A DNA stretch of 64,000 nt from Eledone cirrhosa (lineage: Eukaryota): positions 247,070,001 to 247,134,000 of the forward strand of contig OZ024742.1 of the NCBI GenBank assembly GCA_964016885.1. The letters run 5' to 3'. Positions 1 to 15,092 of this stretch are shown piece after piece. Both the position numbers and the translations under genes were made by a program. The number at the start of each line of letters is the position of its first letter. Positions within the stretch are counted from its first letter, which is position 1. The notes beneath the pieces were generated by a model. The model had not been told where the DNA came from. It saw nothing but the letters and a program-made list of their open reading frames with translations, and searched no databases.

Positions 1-395
1 AACGTCTCTATGAACCACCTAAGAGAACATTAGTCTACGACCTCTTTTATACCATAAACATGGTTCTGTCTTTGCGCGTAATTGTTTTTCCCGCTCCTAT
101 TAATGACGTATTATATTCGTTTTTTCCCGTTGTTTGCCAGCGAACGTTTCCACGAACCAAAGTATCGTCTTCCTGTCTTCTTCCGGTTGCAACGTTTTTT
201 GGAATATCCACTTCTCCGTTTACAGATTGACTTTGTTAGTTTCAGAAGATCCTGTTAAGGGTGAAAGCAGCGATTCTTTGCTTAAACTTTAATCTGTTAT
301 TTTAATAAATATTTGCTATACGGTTCTTATATATTTGATATATATTTATCCTTATCGAGCCCTCTTTGGATTTTAGTCTTCAAATTTATTACTAT

Positions 396-450
<55 letters not shown>

Positions 451-741
451 AACACAAACATAAAGACAATTCCCACTCTTCAGTAATCATTTGTGAGTTG
501 CAGATGTTTCGACGCATTAAAGACAGTACATCTCACCACAGAGCGTTAATAACTACGAGGTATGTACTGCTGTCTAATGTTCCTCCTCTCTATCGTTATA
601 TTTTTTTTTGTATACTTTTTTTTTCTTCTTTCTTTTCTGTTTAATTTATTTTTATTTTTCAGTCGTTCTTTTCGCCAGCGTTTTTTTTTTTTTTTTCTGC
701 TGATTCATTCCCTAGTAACTATACCTCGTAGTTATTAACGC

Positions 742-914
742 ACAGTTAATTCACCATAACGGGAACGATTGATTCACCTTAGCGGATCTTCAGCTTGTAA
801 TGGACATGGTTATACGGAACAGGGAGGACCTCTCTGTTCCGTATAACCATGTCCATTACGGGCTGAAGTTCCACTAAGGTGAATCAATTATTCACGTTAT
901 GGTGAATTAACTGT
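742..914. repeat. Long imperfect palindrome / fold-back (MITE-like)
   Basis: acagttaattcaccataac (742-760) is the reverse complement of gttatggtgaattaactgt (896-914). Inner arms gtaatggacatggttatacggaacag / ctgttccgtataaccatgtccattac pair perfectly around a centre at ~828. Confidence 0.9.
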
Positions 915-1059
915 AGTGTTACCTCTTCAATCTAACTCGTCCCATTGACTGAGTGCTCTGCCACTACGGATATTACCTTCTAGTGTTCTACCTTTCTCTC
1001 TCTCCCTCTCTCCCCCTCTCTCTCTCTCTATATATATATATATAGAGATATACATATGA

Positions 1060-4000
1060 TGGCTGCAACCTCTGCCAAGAGTATTGCAATCGCTTGTCAG
1101 ATTCAGATGTGGGACGCTCGGATATGGCTTTTGAAGCCTGCTAGAGACTTTTTCACACACTGACAACAACTATGGTTCTCCTTGGCTTGAAGTCCTGCAT
1201 CAGGTTGCCCGTGAACCCTCACAACACCGTGGAGATCATACTTCACTGGTTCTCTTTGAACATGGCTGCGACTGTGGCTCCTGAGACCAGATTTGCTCAA
1301 GCAAATTTTCCCACACTCAGGGCACTTCAATTCAATGGACACACCGATCGTTTCGAGATATGCACCAGGGCACAGCTTACGCACATCCCGTTTGACTTTC
1401 TCGTGCTCTATGCGTCTGTCCTCAAAATTATGGACCCCATCATTCACCATTCCACGCCAAGTTTTTCTTTCAAGAGTTTCTATCTCCCAGTCAGCCATCA
1501 TCAAACCAGGTTTTTTTCAATGAGTCCTTTAAACAATCCTTGACTCGGAGCTTTGGCTTGTGAGGTGGTCTCTTACCCTCACAAAGCTCGCCATACAAGA
1601 GGTGTTTTGGGATTCGATCATCCTCCATTCTGCAGAGGTATCCGGTCCATCGCAAACACCGTTGGTGGATGATACTCGCAATGGTCCGCCACTCACTTCT
1701 CTCAAGGACTTCAACATCACTCACATGCATCTGCTACTTGATACCGAGCATCTTTCTGAGACTCTGCTGGTGAAACCGTTCCAGTCTGTGGATATGCCGT
1801 TTGTAGGCAACCCATGTCTCACATGCATACAGCAAAGCTGACAGTACACGTGCAACATACACTCCCACCTTGGTCCTTATTGTGATTCCTCGCCTGCACC
1901 AAAGACGGTCGTTGAGCTTCGAAATGACTCACTTGCCTTACTAATACGTAGACCAACTTCTGTATCCAGAGAGCAGGTCACACTCAGAGTACTCCCCAAA
2001 CACACAAATGTGTCAGCAGCCTTCAGCTTTTGACCGTATACGTGTATGGAGGGTTCATTGAAAACTTTATCCGGAGCAGGTTTGGTACATATCGACAGTC
2101 TTCTTCAGACTGATTGTCAGTACCAAAGCACTGCACGCATTGGAAAAAGAATCCATAAGGTGTTGCATGTCACTCTGGGAGTGTGCAAAGAGATATCAAT
2201 CATCTGCATATAAACATTCTCTGATCAAGGTACTCAGTACCTTAGTGTTGGCAGTGAGAAGCCTATGGTTAAACAGCTTGCCGTAAGTGCCATATCTAAG
2301 ATAGATACCGTGTTGACAATCCTTGAAGACCACGAAGAACACCATCGCGCAATACATGGCAAACAAAGTCGGTGCAGGTATATCACCCTGCTTGACACCA
2401 TTTTCAACCGAGATTGGCTCAGACAGTTTACCTCCAACATTCAGCCATGCCTGCATGTCATCTTGGAAGAGATTCAGGATGTTCACAAACATTCCAGGAC
2501 AGCCCTATCTCTCCAAAATATCCCACAAAGACTTCCGATTAACGGTGTCAAATGGCCTTGGTCAGATCGACAAAAACTTGGTATAAGTCTAGGCGCTGCT
2601 CAATGCATTTCTCTTGAAGTTGTTTGGCCGAGAAGATGATGTCAACAATGCCTCTGCCATTCCTAAAACCACATTGTGACTCAGGAAGTACCTCAAGAGC
2701 AATATGCTGTATCAATCTGTTCAACAATACCCTGCACAAGATCTTCCCAGCCACAGATAGCAGTGAAATACCTCTGTAGTTGCCACAGTCATTTTTGGCT
2801 CCCTTTGTAAAGTAAGTTATCACCAGAACACTTGAAAATCTCGGCACTCAGTACATACATTCCAGGTGACTTTCTGCTGTTTAATTTGGCAATATCCTTC
2901 GCCACCTCATCAAATGAAGGAGGATCAGCCATTGCCAGCTTTGTAGGTCTGGATGGAATCGACCGGATAAACTCATCATCAATTTCTGATGGTCTCTTGA
3001 GAAGCTCATCAAAGTGGTCATGCCAGCTGATCAGGATTTCCTTCGGATCTCTGAGCAATTCCTTGCCATCCCCGGACGAAATGGTGATATTTGTGAACCG
3101 GTCGGACCATACACCTCCCTGAGATGACTGTATAAGAGCTTTGTATCATGTCTATCTGAAGCCTTCTGGATTCCATCAGCCATTTGGCTCCACCAGGTAT
3201 CCTGCATGGCTCTCAATCGATGTTGCAGGCGTGCCTTGATCTGCCTGAAGGTCCGGTCACTCCCGTCTCACACAACAATATTGTCAGCACTTTTCGTTTC
3301 TCTTCAAGCAAGGTCTGGATCACTGGATCATTTTCATCGAACCATTCTTTATGCTTTCTATTGGTATGACCCCAAACTCCAGCACTAACACCATAGACGG
3401 TTTTATTCAATGATTCCCAAGTGTTTTCACATTCCATGAACTCAAGGGACCTCGACAGCTCAGTTCTGACTTTCTCTGTTTTCAGACGAGCCACGTTTAG
3501 TTGTTTTGGAAGTGCAGCCTTCTTCCCCCTTACTTTGGGTTTCATAACAAATTGAAACTTGGCGCGCACCAGACTATGATCAGTCCAACATTCCGCGCCT
3601 CGCAATAGACGAACCGATGTGATATCCCTGATATCACGTTTTCTCGTTAAAACGAAGTCAATAAGGTGTCACTTCTTTGAACCTGGATGCATCCAAGTTG
3701 TCTTATATTTGTCTTTCTGCTGAAAGAGCGTGTTCCCAACAACAAAATCCATCTAAGTGCACATCTGCAACAGAAGTAGGCCATTGTTATTGAACTTACC
3801 TACTCCATACCTGCCCATCACACACCAAGCTTCCCAGTCATTACCAACACGTGCATTAAAATCACCAAGGATGACAATCTTGTCTGCATAAGGTATACCT
3901 GAATGACCTCTCTCAAAGACAAGTAGAAACTTAGTTTGTCATCATCACTAGCACACATAGTAGGAGCGTACGCACTGACCAGAGTCACAAAGCGGTTTTG

Positions 4001-4940
4001 AATCAAAGGGACTCTCATGGACATTATCCGATCATTGAATCCACAAGGAAGATTTTCCAGCTTTGAGACGATTCCATTCCTGACTGCAAATGCGACCACT
4101 GCCTCTGTTCTACAACCCTCTGCTCCACCACTCCAATAGAAGGTATATCCTCCCTTCTGTTCTCTGAATTGACCCTCACCTGCCAATCTCGTTTCTGAAA
4201 GAGCAACAATGTCCATGCTATAGCGATTGAGTTCCCTCGACACCAAAGCAGATCTTCTTTCAGGGCGAGTTTTACTGGACTGGGAATCCAGTAAAGTTCT
4301 TACATTCCAACATCCAATATTCAGAGGTTTGAACCTCCTTGCAGTAGTAGGATGACAGCCGGGCCCACGCTGAGGTGCCATGGGACCCCTGCTGGGCCAA
4401 ACCTTTCACAATAAGTTCCAGAGCCCTTACTGCCATTGACTTTAAGGTTATCATGTGTCATCATATAGTTTGGTGCACTTTTAGGCTATGGCTAGCCCCA
4501 CAAACCTTATAACAGATCCTGAACAAGCGATGCCTGTGCTTTGAAGGTTTCTTTAAGTGGGGAAAGGGCTTGCACGCGATCAATCCCATTCTCTGAGCAT
4601 CGAAAACACTACCGGAAAAGGAGAACTGGTCAACATCATCGGATGCTTCCGAAGCCGCAGGTTTTTGCAGAGTTTCCCTCTCCTAGAAAGGTGTTGTGAC
4701 AACAACTGGGGACCTTTCACTCCCAGGTAAACAAAAAGAAGTACTATTTGGATGGCCGTTGACTCTGCTGAGTTCCTCCGCCCTTTGCTGAGTCTTGTAT
4801 TTCATCCCGCCGGGTGTCCAAATATCACCCTCTTCACCTAGCAAGCTTGGTGGGGTTTCCGGTTTAATCGTCGACCACCCGATCATGACATAGGTAGTAC
4901 TGGGTTACATGTTACCAGTAGCACCCGAAAGCAACCTGAC
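1060..4940 (-). mobile_element. Near full-length degenerate RTE-clade (BovB-like) LINE
   Basis: Collinear minus-strand ORF fragments: APE (LNIGCWNVRTL, LSETRL, SAYAPT, WTDH), RT (KSPG, NYRGISLLSVAGKI, PESQCGFR, GVKQG, LYADD), C-terminal LRWTGYLCRM..RIPKHLLYGEL and a C2H2-like finger CPECGKICLSKSGLRSHSRSH. Many frameshifts and stops; bounded by microsatellites on both sides. Confidence 0.9.
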
Positions 4941-6536
<1,596 letters not shown>

Positions 6537-7112
6537 ACGTAAACCCCTCCCATACACAAACGCCCCTCCCAATGCATACACATATACATGCAGGTATACG
6601 TAAAATAACTTCTGTGTCCCGAGGAGGTGTTGTTTATTCATCTATCAAAGTAATCAACACCGTCTTCATCATCATCACAACAATAAAACAACTATACAAA
6701 CAACATCAGTACTTCCTAACGCCCCACCATGTTGACCACCATTTCAATACTGTCACCACCACAACCCTTACCAACTCTACAACCACATTAACACCCACAG
6801 CTATGTCAGACAGCTAAGCAATTGAAATGTGAATTTTTATCAAAATGGAAACACGATGGAGGCCTGGAACTTAATAAATCTTCTTAAATGAAGCGAAAAT
6901 AATCGTGGTATGTCGATTTCAGACACGTAATTATATCGTTCTTGCCTTTAGCGGCGCTACGGTAAATATTATTGGCGGGAATTTAATGTCTTGTAGAATA
7001 TTATCTCTTCCTTGATTGGTGGAGCTGATCTTTCACTTCGTCTCCTTATCTATGTGGGTATCTCCTTGCATATCTATCTATCTATATATATATATATCTA
7101 CGCATCTCTCTG

Positions 7113-9270
7113 TCAGCCGGGAGGTGGGGTGGGGTTGCCGTTTTGCTGCGGAAACACCTGGACCTCGTAACACAGACGGTACATCTGGACGCGGAGGGTC
7201 GACAGGTGGTCCTAGACGTTGACGGTAGTGAAGGTGGAGCCTTCAGGCATATGCCCCATCCGGGACACCGCGGCCAGACTTCTTCAAACGTCTACAGTCT
7301 TTTCTGGGAACGTCCTGCTCCCTGCTGTTAGTGGGGGACTGGAATGGAATCCTAGATGCACCTTGGGACTATGTGGGAGCATGTCCCGATAGAGGGGGTT
7401 GTAACAGCCTCAAACAGTTAATCGGCCGATTTACCTGGCCGATAGATATCCACTAGATTTTCCGACTGTGCCACTGTGGTCGTGGATTAATCGTAGCGGA
7501 ACATCTAGATCGTACCTAAATAGGGTTCTAGTTAGAAAGAAGGGCGGGGACATGTTAAGCTGCCCACAAATGTTCATGGTTGCCTATTCAGATCACAAAT
7601 TAGTGGCCTGCTTAGTCAACCTTGACAAAACTCATAGACAGGGACCCGGCTACTGGAAGCTGAACTTGCCGTTATCGATATGCAAAGCCTACAGTAGACG
7701 GATTAGCACTTTAGTTAAGCAGCACTTGACGGGGGCCATTGTCAACAACAGATGGTGGTACTCTCTCAAGAGGGAAGTTAGATTAGACTCGATAGGTTTT
7801 AGTAAAGAATTAGTGTTAGATAGAAATAAGACCGAAAAGGAACTGGTAGATAAAGTAGAAGAGGCACTTAGGAGTGGCAACGTAGCCAGCGTGCTAGCGA
7901 CGAGAACGGCCTTGGACCAGTTCTTCGACGCAAAGCATGAAGGCTGCTTGTCACAAGCAAAATCTGTGCTCTGGGAAACGAGGGAGCCAAAGCTGTTAGC
8001 TGGGCCCGAGTGACGGAGGCGAAAAGTGGAAACAAGTCCACGATTCGGTCTTTGAAGGACCAAGACAGACGTGAGCCGAAGCAAATGTGCGCGGCCTTTC
8101 AGCGGCACTTTGCTCAACTGTTCGGGCAGGGCGGCGCAGCGGGAGGGGCTATGGATTTCGCTTCATACCTCGACGGCCTACCACGACTCTCGGACAGTGA
8201 GACGAAGTTCTGCGAAAGGCCTATTTAGGCCGCTGAGATAAGGGACGCGCTGAGCCAATGAGGCAAACGCAAATCTCCAGGTCTCGACGGTGTACCCTAC
8301 GAATTTTACGTAGCAATGCCGGACTTGTTCTCCGGTCTCCTGGAAGCGGTCAACTGCAACTGGCAGCAGAACGGGAGAATTCCCAGTTCTGTGACCAAGG
8401 GCGTAATCACGTTAGTCAGGAAGGACGAGAGCAAGGGAGATGACACAGGAAACTTCCGCCCCATAACTCTACTGAACACAGAGTTACAGATTTTGGCCAA
8501 GGTGTTGGCAAAGAGGCTGGTGCTTGTCGTCGAAGACCTGGTGGGTGAAGCGCAGACATGCACAATCCCGACCAGGTCCATACACGACAACATCCACCTC
8601 ATGCGATACATCATAGAGAGGGTAGGGTGTAAACCCGGCTTCGGTGGGGCCCTGATCAACATGGATCAGTCTAAGGCTTTCGATAGGGTTGACCATCGTT
8701 ACCTGGATGCGGTGCTCGAGACGGCGGGCTTCGGTCCCGTGTTCAGGGGCTGGATTGCTGCAATGCACAACAGCAACATCTGCTCAAGGGTCAAGTTGAA
8801 CGGCTACCTCACGGAGCCGTTTCATATCACGCAATCCATCCGACAGGTATGCCCTCTCTCCTTCCTTCTGTACGTACTGACTCTCGAGCCACTACTGCGG
8901 AGGTTGGAGCTATTGCAGGGCATCCCTTTGGAACCGGAACTGCTAAAAGCGGCGTCGGCCTACGCCGACAACATGACAGTAATGGCATCCAGCACCTCGC
9001 AAATCGGGGAGATCGGCACCTTACTGGAGGAATACGAAAGGTTCACAGGAGCGAAGCTGAACCGGGACAAATCCGTCGGTTTGCAACTCAGAAAGTGGAG
9101 AGGCAAACTGATGCCTTCCGATGACGTCGTGGGACGCTGGACGGAAGGACCGGTAAAGCTGCTCGGGGTCTGGTTTGGTTCTGACCTCCAAGTGGAGAAG
9201 AAGTGGAACGAGGTGACGGCCGAGGTGTTTGCGCTCACCCAGAAGTGGGCCGAGTGCAAACTATCCTTGA
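7113..9270 (+). mobile_element. Degenerate, older Tx1-clade ORF2 fragment (APE to RT thumb)
   Basis: Homologous to the array ORF2 from GGGVAVL through GPGYWKLN, FRPITLLN, DQSKAFDRV, SAYADN to KLSL. Clearly more diverged than the other copies; stops and frameshifts. Confidence 0.9.
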
Positions 9271-9271
9271 G

Positions 9272-9432
9272 ATAGTGTGGTGGACAGGTCTGAAAGGGCT
9301 GACGACGAGCACTTACCTCTTCGGTGATGCCCTGATTGACTTTTTCAAATTTCATTTGAAAAAGTCAATCAGGGCATCACCGAAGAGGTAAGTGCTCGTC
9401 TTCAGACCTTTCAGACCTGTCCACCACACTAT
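9272..9432. repeat. 79-bp-arm fold-back palindrome made of Tx1 ORF2 3' sequence
   Basis: Arms 9272-9350 and 9354-9432 are reverse complements (2 mismatches seen) around a 3-nt loop ttc. Confidence 0.93.
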
Positions 9433-12400
9433 ATCTTTCGCCATGGCCACCAGACATATAAAAACTACCTGCCCTTCCCGGCTAAAGGAAGAGGGCGGGG
9501 GAATCCTCACGATGGACTCAGCTGATAGCTGTGAGCGCCTGAAGACATTCCAGTCTCCAAGAGCTTCCTCTCGGTCTTCGCTTGACCCAGGACTGCAGCT
9601 CCGTCAAGGAGACGAGCTGGGGAAAGACGCGTCTAGCAAAAGGCGACCACACCTGAACACTGTCGAGGAAGAGGTGGAGATGTCGTAGCCTGAGCGCGTG
9701 TCTGCGCATCATCAGCCACGACTTGTCCAGCCACGGCATGCCCAGCCCGCCACGTAGCGGGTGTTGACAGCAGATGGACTTCCTGACCAACGGAGCGCGT
9801 CCGTTCCACAAAAAGCGAAAGAGCAAACGCTCCAGCGCAGTCAGGCGGGGCTTAGGACAAGGTACGACGGTCAGGCGGTAGTAGATGACGGACGCGACGT
9901 ACGCGTTAGCCACCTCCGCTCGAGCTTTCAATGATAGATTCCTCTCCACCCATTTCTGGGTGAGAGAAGCCACCCTGCTCGTCACCTCGTCCCAGTTTTT
10001 GTCCGTCTGGAGGTCCGGACCAAACCAGACCCCTAGCAATTTAACCGGTCCGTCCAGCGCCCGACGACGCTGTTGGACGGCATGGACCTGCCTCTCCAGG
10101 TGCCGAGCTGGCCGACCGACTTTCCCTGGTTCACTATTGCTCCTGTCACCGCTTTGTATTCTCTTAGTGTAGTGCCGATCGCCTCGATGTATTTGGCGTT
10201 CGACACCACTACGGTGACATCGTCGGCATATGCTGACGCGGATCTTCCGCATTCTAGTTCGCGCGGGACCCCCCTCAACGTCTCCAGTTTGTGCAGTAAT
10301 GGCTCGAGAATCAATACGTACAAGAGGGACGATAGGGGACATCCTTGGCAGACCGAACGCATAATGTTGAACGGTTCCGAAAGGTGACCGTTCACTCTCA
10401 CCACAGAGCAGATGTCGCTGTGCATGGCAGCGATCCAGCCTCTGAAGACGGCCCCAAATCCAGCCGCCCCCAGGACTGCCACCAGATAACGATGGTCGAC
10501 CCTATCGAAAGCTTTCGACTGATCTAAATTGATCAAGGACCCACCCGTGCCAGGTTCCATAGCTACCCTCTCCACGATGTATCGCATGAGGTGGAGGTTG
10601 TCGTAGATGGATCTGTCGGGAATGGCGCATGTCTGCGCCTCTCCCACCAGACTACCAACGACAAGCGCCACGCTCTTTGCTAGCACCTTGGCCAAAATCT
10701 TGAACGCTGTGTCTCGTAGAGTTATGGGCCTGAAATTATCTATGTTATCCCCCTTGTTCGGACCCTTTCGCAGCAGCGCCACCAGACGGACAAAAACTGG
10801 GACGAGGTGACGAGCAGGGTGGTTTCTCTCACCCAAAAATGGGCCGAGAGGAAGCTATCCCTGAAAGGTCGAGCGGAGGTGGGAATTCTCCCGTTCTGTT
10901 GCCAGTTGCAGTAGACTTCCGCCAAGAGGCCCCCGAACAATTTGCATTGAAGAATTGGTCAAGGGCCAATTTCGCCGTAAGTAAGTCGGTCGCGATGCCT
11001 TTGCTAAGCGCCTCGTCTAATTTTCTAACTAATTCTCCCTCTGCTCTATTTTTCTCTATTGCTAAATCCTTACTAAACCTAATGGAGTCTATTCTAACTG
11101 CTCTTTTCAGAGCAAACCACCACTTGTTGTTGACGATGGCCCCCATCAACGCCCGCTTAACTAGTTCGCTAATCCGGTCTCTGTAGGCCTTGCGCGCTGG
11201 TAAGGACGCGTTTAGCTTCCAGTAGCCGGGTCCTCGTCTATGAAGCCTATCTAATTCAAGCACACAGATCACGAATTTGTGGTCCATGTAGCTGACTATC
11301 TTGAATTGTGGACAGCCTATGCTAGACCTATCTATTTCCCTACAAAATACTCTATCTAGATATGATCTGGATGATCCGACGCGGTTTGTCCAAGTCCACA
11401 TTGGCACATTCGGGATATCCAATTGGTACCTGTCAGACAGTTCAAAACGCCTGAGCAGGTTGGTGAGGCTCTTGCACCCTCCTCCCCTATCCGCTAATCT
11501 CACGCATTCCCAGCGTGCGTCTAAGATCCCCTTCCAGTCGCCCACTAATACTAAAGTGCGGGACGTTCCAAGAAAGGTCTCCAGACGTCGGAAGAAATCA
11601 GGCCGCCCTGCTCCTGTCGGGGGTTAGACGGCCACTAGCATGAAAGCTTGCCCGTCTCCGCTGGCCACGTCCAGCACCACCAACTTACCTTCAGGGTCCA
11701 GGAAGATGGCCCGTATGGCGAGATCCAAACCTCTCCGAAAAAGCACAGCAACTCTTCCCCCGATCCAGGACGGCTGGGAGATGCGTACACATTGTAGCCG
11801 CCGAAGATCGGTGCGAAGGCCCGTGCTTCGGAATCTGGTTTCGCTGATGGCTACTACATCTATGTTTAGTGACCTGAGGTCGTTGAGCAAGTGGTACTGT
11901 TTCCATGACGACCCCAAGCCACGCGCATTAATGCTGCCTATTCTGAGTGAGGTCATGTTGAAATGGAGTGGAAAAGATGGGAAAGACCACTTACCTTACT
12001 TCTCGTAGAGGAAGGATGGTTTCTCCATCCCTTTCCACTTGATCGTCTGGTGAAGGAACCGTTGAATCGTCCCTTCGGCTGGTCGTCGGCTCTTCTGTGA
12101 GTATATCCGAATATATTCTCCGGTTGAGTGCCCCTCTGAAATTACCAACTGCGTTGGGGAATTTTTTTTTATGTTTGTGTATTGTTTCTGTGCTATTCTT
12201 ACCAGTCTTATGTTCGTTGGTGTTTTGATTGGTGCTGGTATTATGTAGTCGTGCTGTGAAATGTCTGTGTGTTCAATTATGTAAGTCATTAGTTTCTTGT
12301 TGAGTGTATTTATTGCTGTGCATTTCTTTTTCTGGGGGTGGGGTGTGGTTCTGCTATTTTCTTGTCGTTGTTGCTGGGTATGTGTGTTTTGTTGTTGTGT

Positions 12401-13744
12401 TTGCGATATTGGTGCTTGTGGTGGTGGTGTTGAAGGTGTTGTTGTTGTTGGCGGTGGGGTTGCCGCCGGTGGTGATGGTGGTGCCAGTGTGGGTAGTGAT
12501 GGTTGTGGTGGTGTTGCTGCTGTAAGTCTCTTTGCAGTAGCCTTTACCATTTTTTCATTTCTTCCCTCCCTTTTCGAAGGCGTCGATGCGCTGCTTCTGC
12601 GTTTGTGCCTTCTTGCGACCTTTTGCCATCCCTCTCCCACGTCACACTCCATGTCCAATTCTGTGAGGTCGGGCAGGGGTACCAGCTCCACTCTTTCACT
12701 TGTTCTTGTTGGTAATGGTTGCAGTGGAGTCTCTGTTGCAGCTGCCTTTGGTATTACTGTTGTTGTTGTTAATATTTCCACTGCTGCTGCTGTTTTTGAT
12801 TTCCGTGGCGTGGGCATAGGTGCCACGGATCTATTCTTCCTCCTTGCCGCCTGGCCTGTTGCTGGTAGCAGTGGAGCCAGTTTCGAAAGGAGGGGGGTTT
12901 TCTCCTTTCTCAGGGTCTTGTAATTGCAGAAGGCTCTGAGGTGAGTCTTCGACCCACAGCGAAAGCCATTCGGGCGTTTACCCTCAACACTTATGGGCAG
13001 TTGAGTGCCGTTATCGAAGTCTATCACATCCGGGATAGCTTCAATGCACTCTTGGTTGGTTTGAATTAACATCTCAATGGAGGTGCCTACCCAATCTTCT
13101 CGTACTTTTTTCTGTACTTGCAGTACAGTTGTTTTGTCCTCGATTCCGACAAGGACAGACGCGGCCAGCCAAGAAAGGGTAATCCCGGGTGGCGGGGGAC
13201 GGGGGACGACAATGTGGGTCAGTTTGACCCTCACAATTTTTTGCCCGCAGTAGGAGGGCACCAATACCATTTCCTCGCTCCTTAGGGTCACTAAGGATTG
13301 AGCCTTTGCCTCGTGGGGTGTGGTAAAAAGCACGTCCACGGTGGCATATTTCTTGCCTCGGGTGATATGCAGTTTTCCGCTGCCACACAGACCCTAAGGC
13401 TTTTTGTATTTGAGCCTCTGTGGCTCTTTCAACCCTACATCATTTTGTGCTTACTGTACAGTACGTGACCGTACATTGCTGTTGGGTTTCGAAACATTTT
13501 TCGGCTGCCTTGCAGATTGCTCGGTGTCCGATTTTCGTCACCATCTTCTTTGCTTCCTGTAATTCCTCATTTGTTATAAGGATGGTTTCCAGGTTCTTTG
13601 CGATACCTGCAAACGAGATTGGTTTTTCTTTCTTGTTGTTGTTGTTGTCGTCAGCGCTGCTGTTACTTTTGTTGTTGCTGCTGGTACTACGACCGCCGCC
13701 GCCGCTGTTGCTGTGATTGTTGTTGTTGCTGCCGTTGCTGTTGT

Positions 13745-13781
<37 letters not shown>

Positions 13782-14364
13782 TATGCTGCTGCTGATGTTG
13801 TTGCGGCTGCTACTAGTGTTTTCCTTGTCACTGTTGCTGCTGCTGTTATTACGGCTGCTGCTGCTATTCTTCATGACGTCAGACGAATGAAATGGCTTTC
13901 CGTATTTACCGCACACATTTTTCGTCGTTGTCGTCGTCGTGGAGAAATGTTTCACGGAATGCACGTTCTGTTGGTGAAAGCTACCAGAAACTATATTTTT
14001 CTTTTTCTTTAATGGCGTCGCTTGCGAAAGAGGCGACACCACCTGTAGAGAAGGGAGGGAGAGAAACAATATTCTCTCTGATGTAGTGACGATTGAGGAA
14101 GAAGACGGAATGAGTGGGAGTGACTTGTGAAAATTATTTTTTGTAGCCATGTTTTTTACGGTTTAAAATGAATATTGGGCACAAAACCCCAATAAGCGGT
14201 TATTTAACCCCGAAGGGCCAATTAACGGGCAGAAAGACCCTTCTCACGAGGAGGAGGGTGTTTTTATCTACAATTTGGTTCAAGTTTTAAACAATTTACA
14301 ATTGTTATAGCGGTTAAAAATTACTATACCTTACAGAGCCGAGCCTCTGTCAAACATGGTATTC
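9354..14364 (-). mobile_element. Rearranged, decayed Tx1 copy (type-A 5'UTR/ORF1) with intact 5' end
   Basis: 5' end gaataccatg... follows (ATT)12 on the minus strand. ORF1 14150-~11996 is broken; ORF2 from 11956 is frameshifted. Internal deletions at ~10940 and ~9530, a 100-bp inverted insert at ~10783-10882, and a fold-back in place of the 3' end. Confidence 0.92.

Positions 14365-14400
<36 letters not shown>
14365..14400. repeat. (AAT)12 tract between Tx1 5' end and Dong-like fragment
   Basis: Directly visible. Confidence 0.97.
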
Positions 14401-14401
<1 letters not shown>

Positions 14402-15083
14402 CCATATTGACAAGGAGGAGGCTAGCTCACTGTGTAGGATCTGCGGAGAGAGAGAGTGGAGACTGTGGCTCACATTGTATCCGAGTGTAAACACCTAGCC
14501 CAGACTCACTATAAGGGCTGGAGATATGATGTGATGGGCATGGTGGTCCACTGGCACCTATGCAAAGTAAACAATTTACCACATTCTGAGAAGTGGTATC
14601 AGCATAAGCCAGGGTAGGTGATAGAAAACGATCAGGTGAAGGTGCTATGGGATTTTAGGATACAAACGGACAAGAAATTAGAACACAATAGGCCTGACCT
14701 GGTGGTTTTGGACAAGGAAAAAGATCGTGCCTGATTGTATATGTAGCCTTCCCATTTGACACGAGAGTGCAAGAAAAGGAGAGGGAGAAAATTAACCGAT
14801 ACCAGGACCTAAAGTGGGAGGTAAAAAGGATTTGGAACTGCCATGAAATCAAGGTTGTCCTGATTGTCATAGGCACGCTATGTATTATCTCAAAGAGTTT
14901 CCAAGAATGGTTAAGGAAGATTAGTCCAGCCCCGCTTTTTGGAACACTTCAAAAGGCATGCTTGCTGGGAACAGCAAGAACTCTCCGATACGCCCTGAAC
15001 ATCTGAGGCTGCAGGAAGCGACTTGATATTCATTTCAACAAACTTCCCAGTTAAATAACATCAATGGCTGAGACTTAAAGGAC
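14401..15083 (+). mobile_element. 5'-truncated R4/Dong-like RLE non-LTR retrotransposon (degenerate)
   Basis: Closely similar to 59093-59882; remnants of the CCHC finger and PD..D RLE motif, then EKINRYQDLKWEV..LQKACLLGTARTLR; flanked by AAT repeats on both sides. Confidence 0.85.
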
Positions 15084-15092
15084 AATAATAAT

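Noticed and set aside
9354-15083. Segmental duplicate of 55371-59882
   Set aside because: Similar layout, but different 5'UTR/ORF1 type, different internal deletions and different Dong truncation points.
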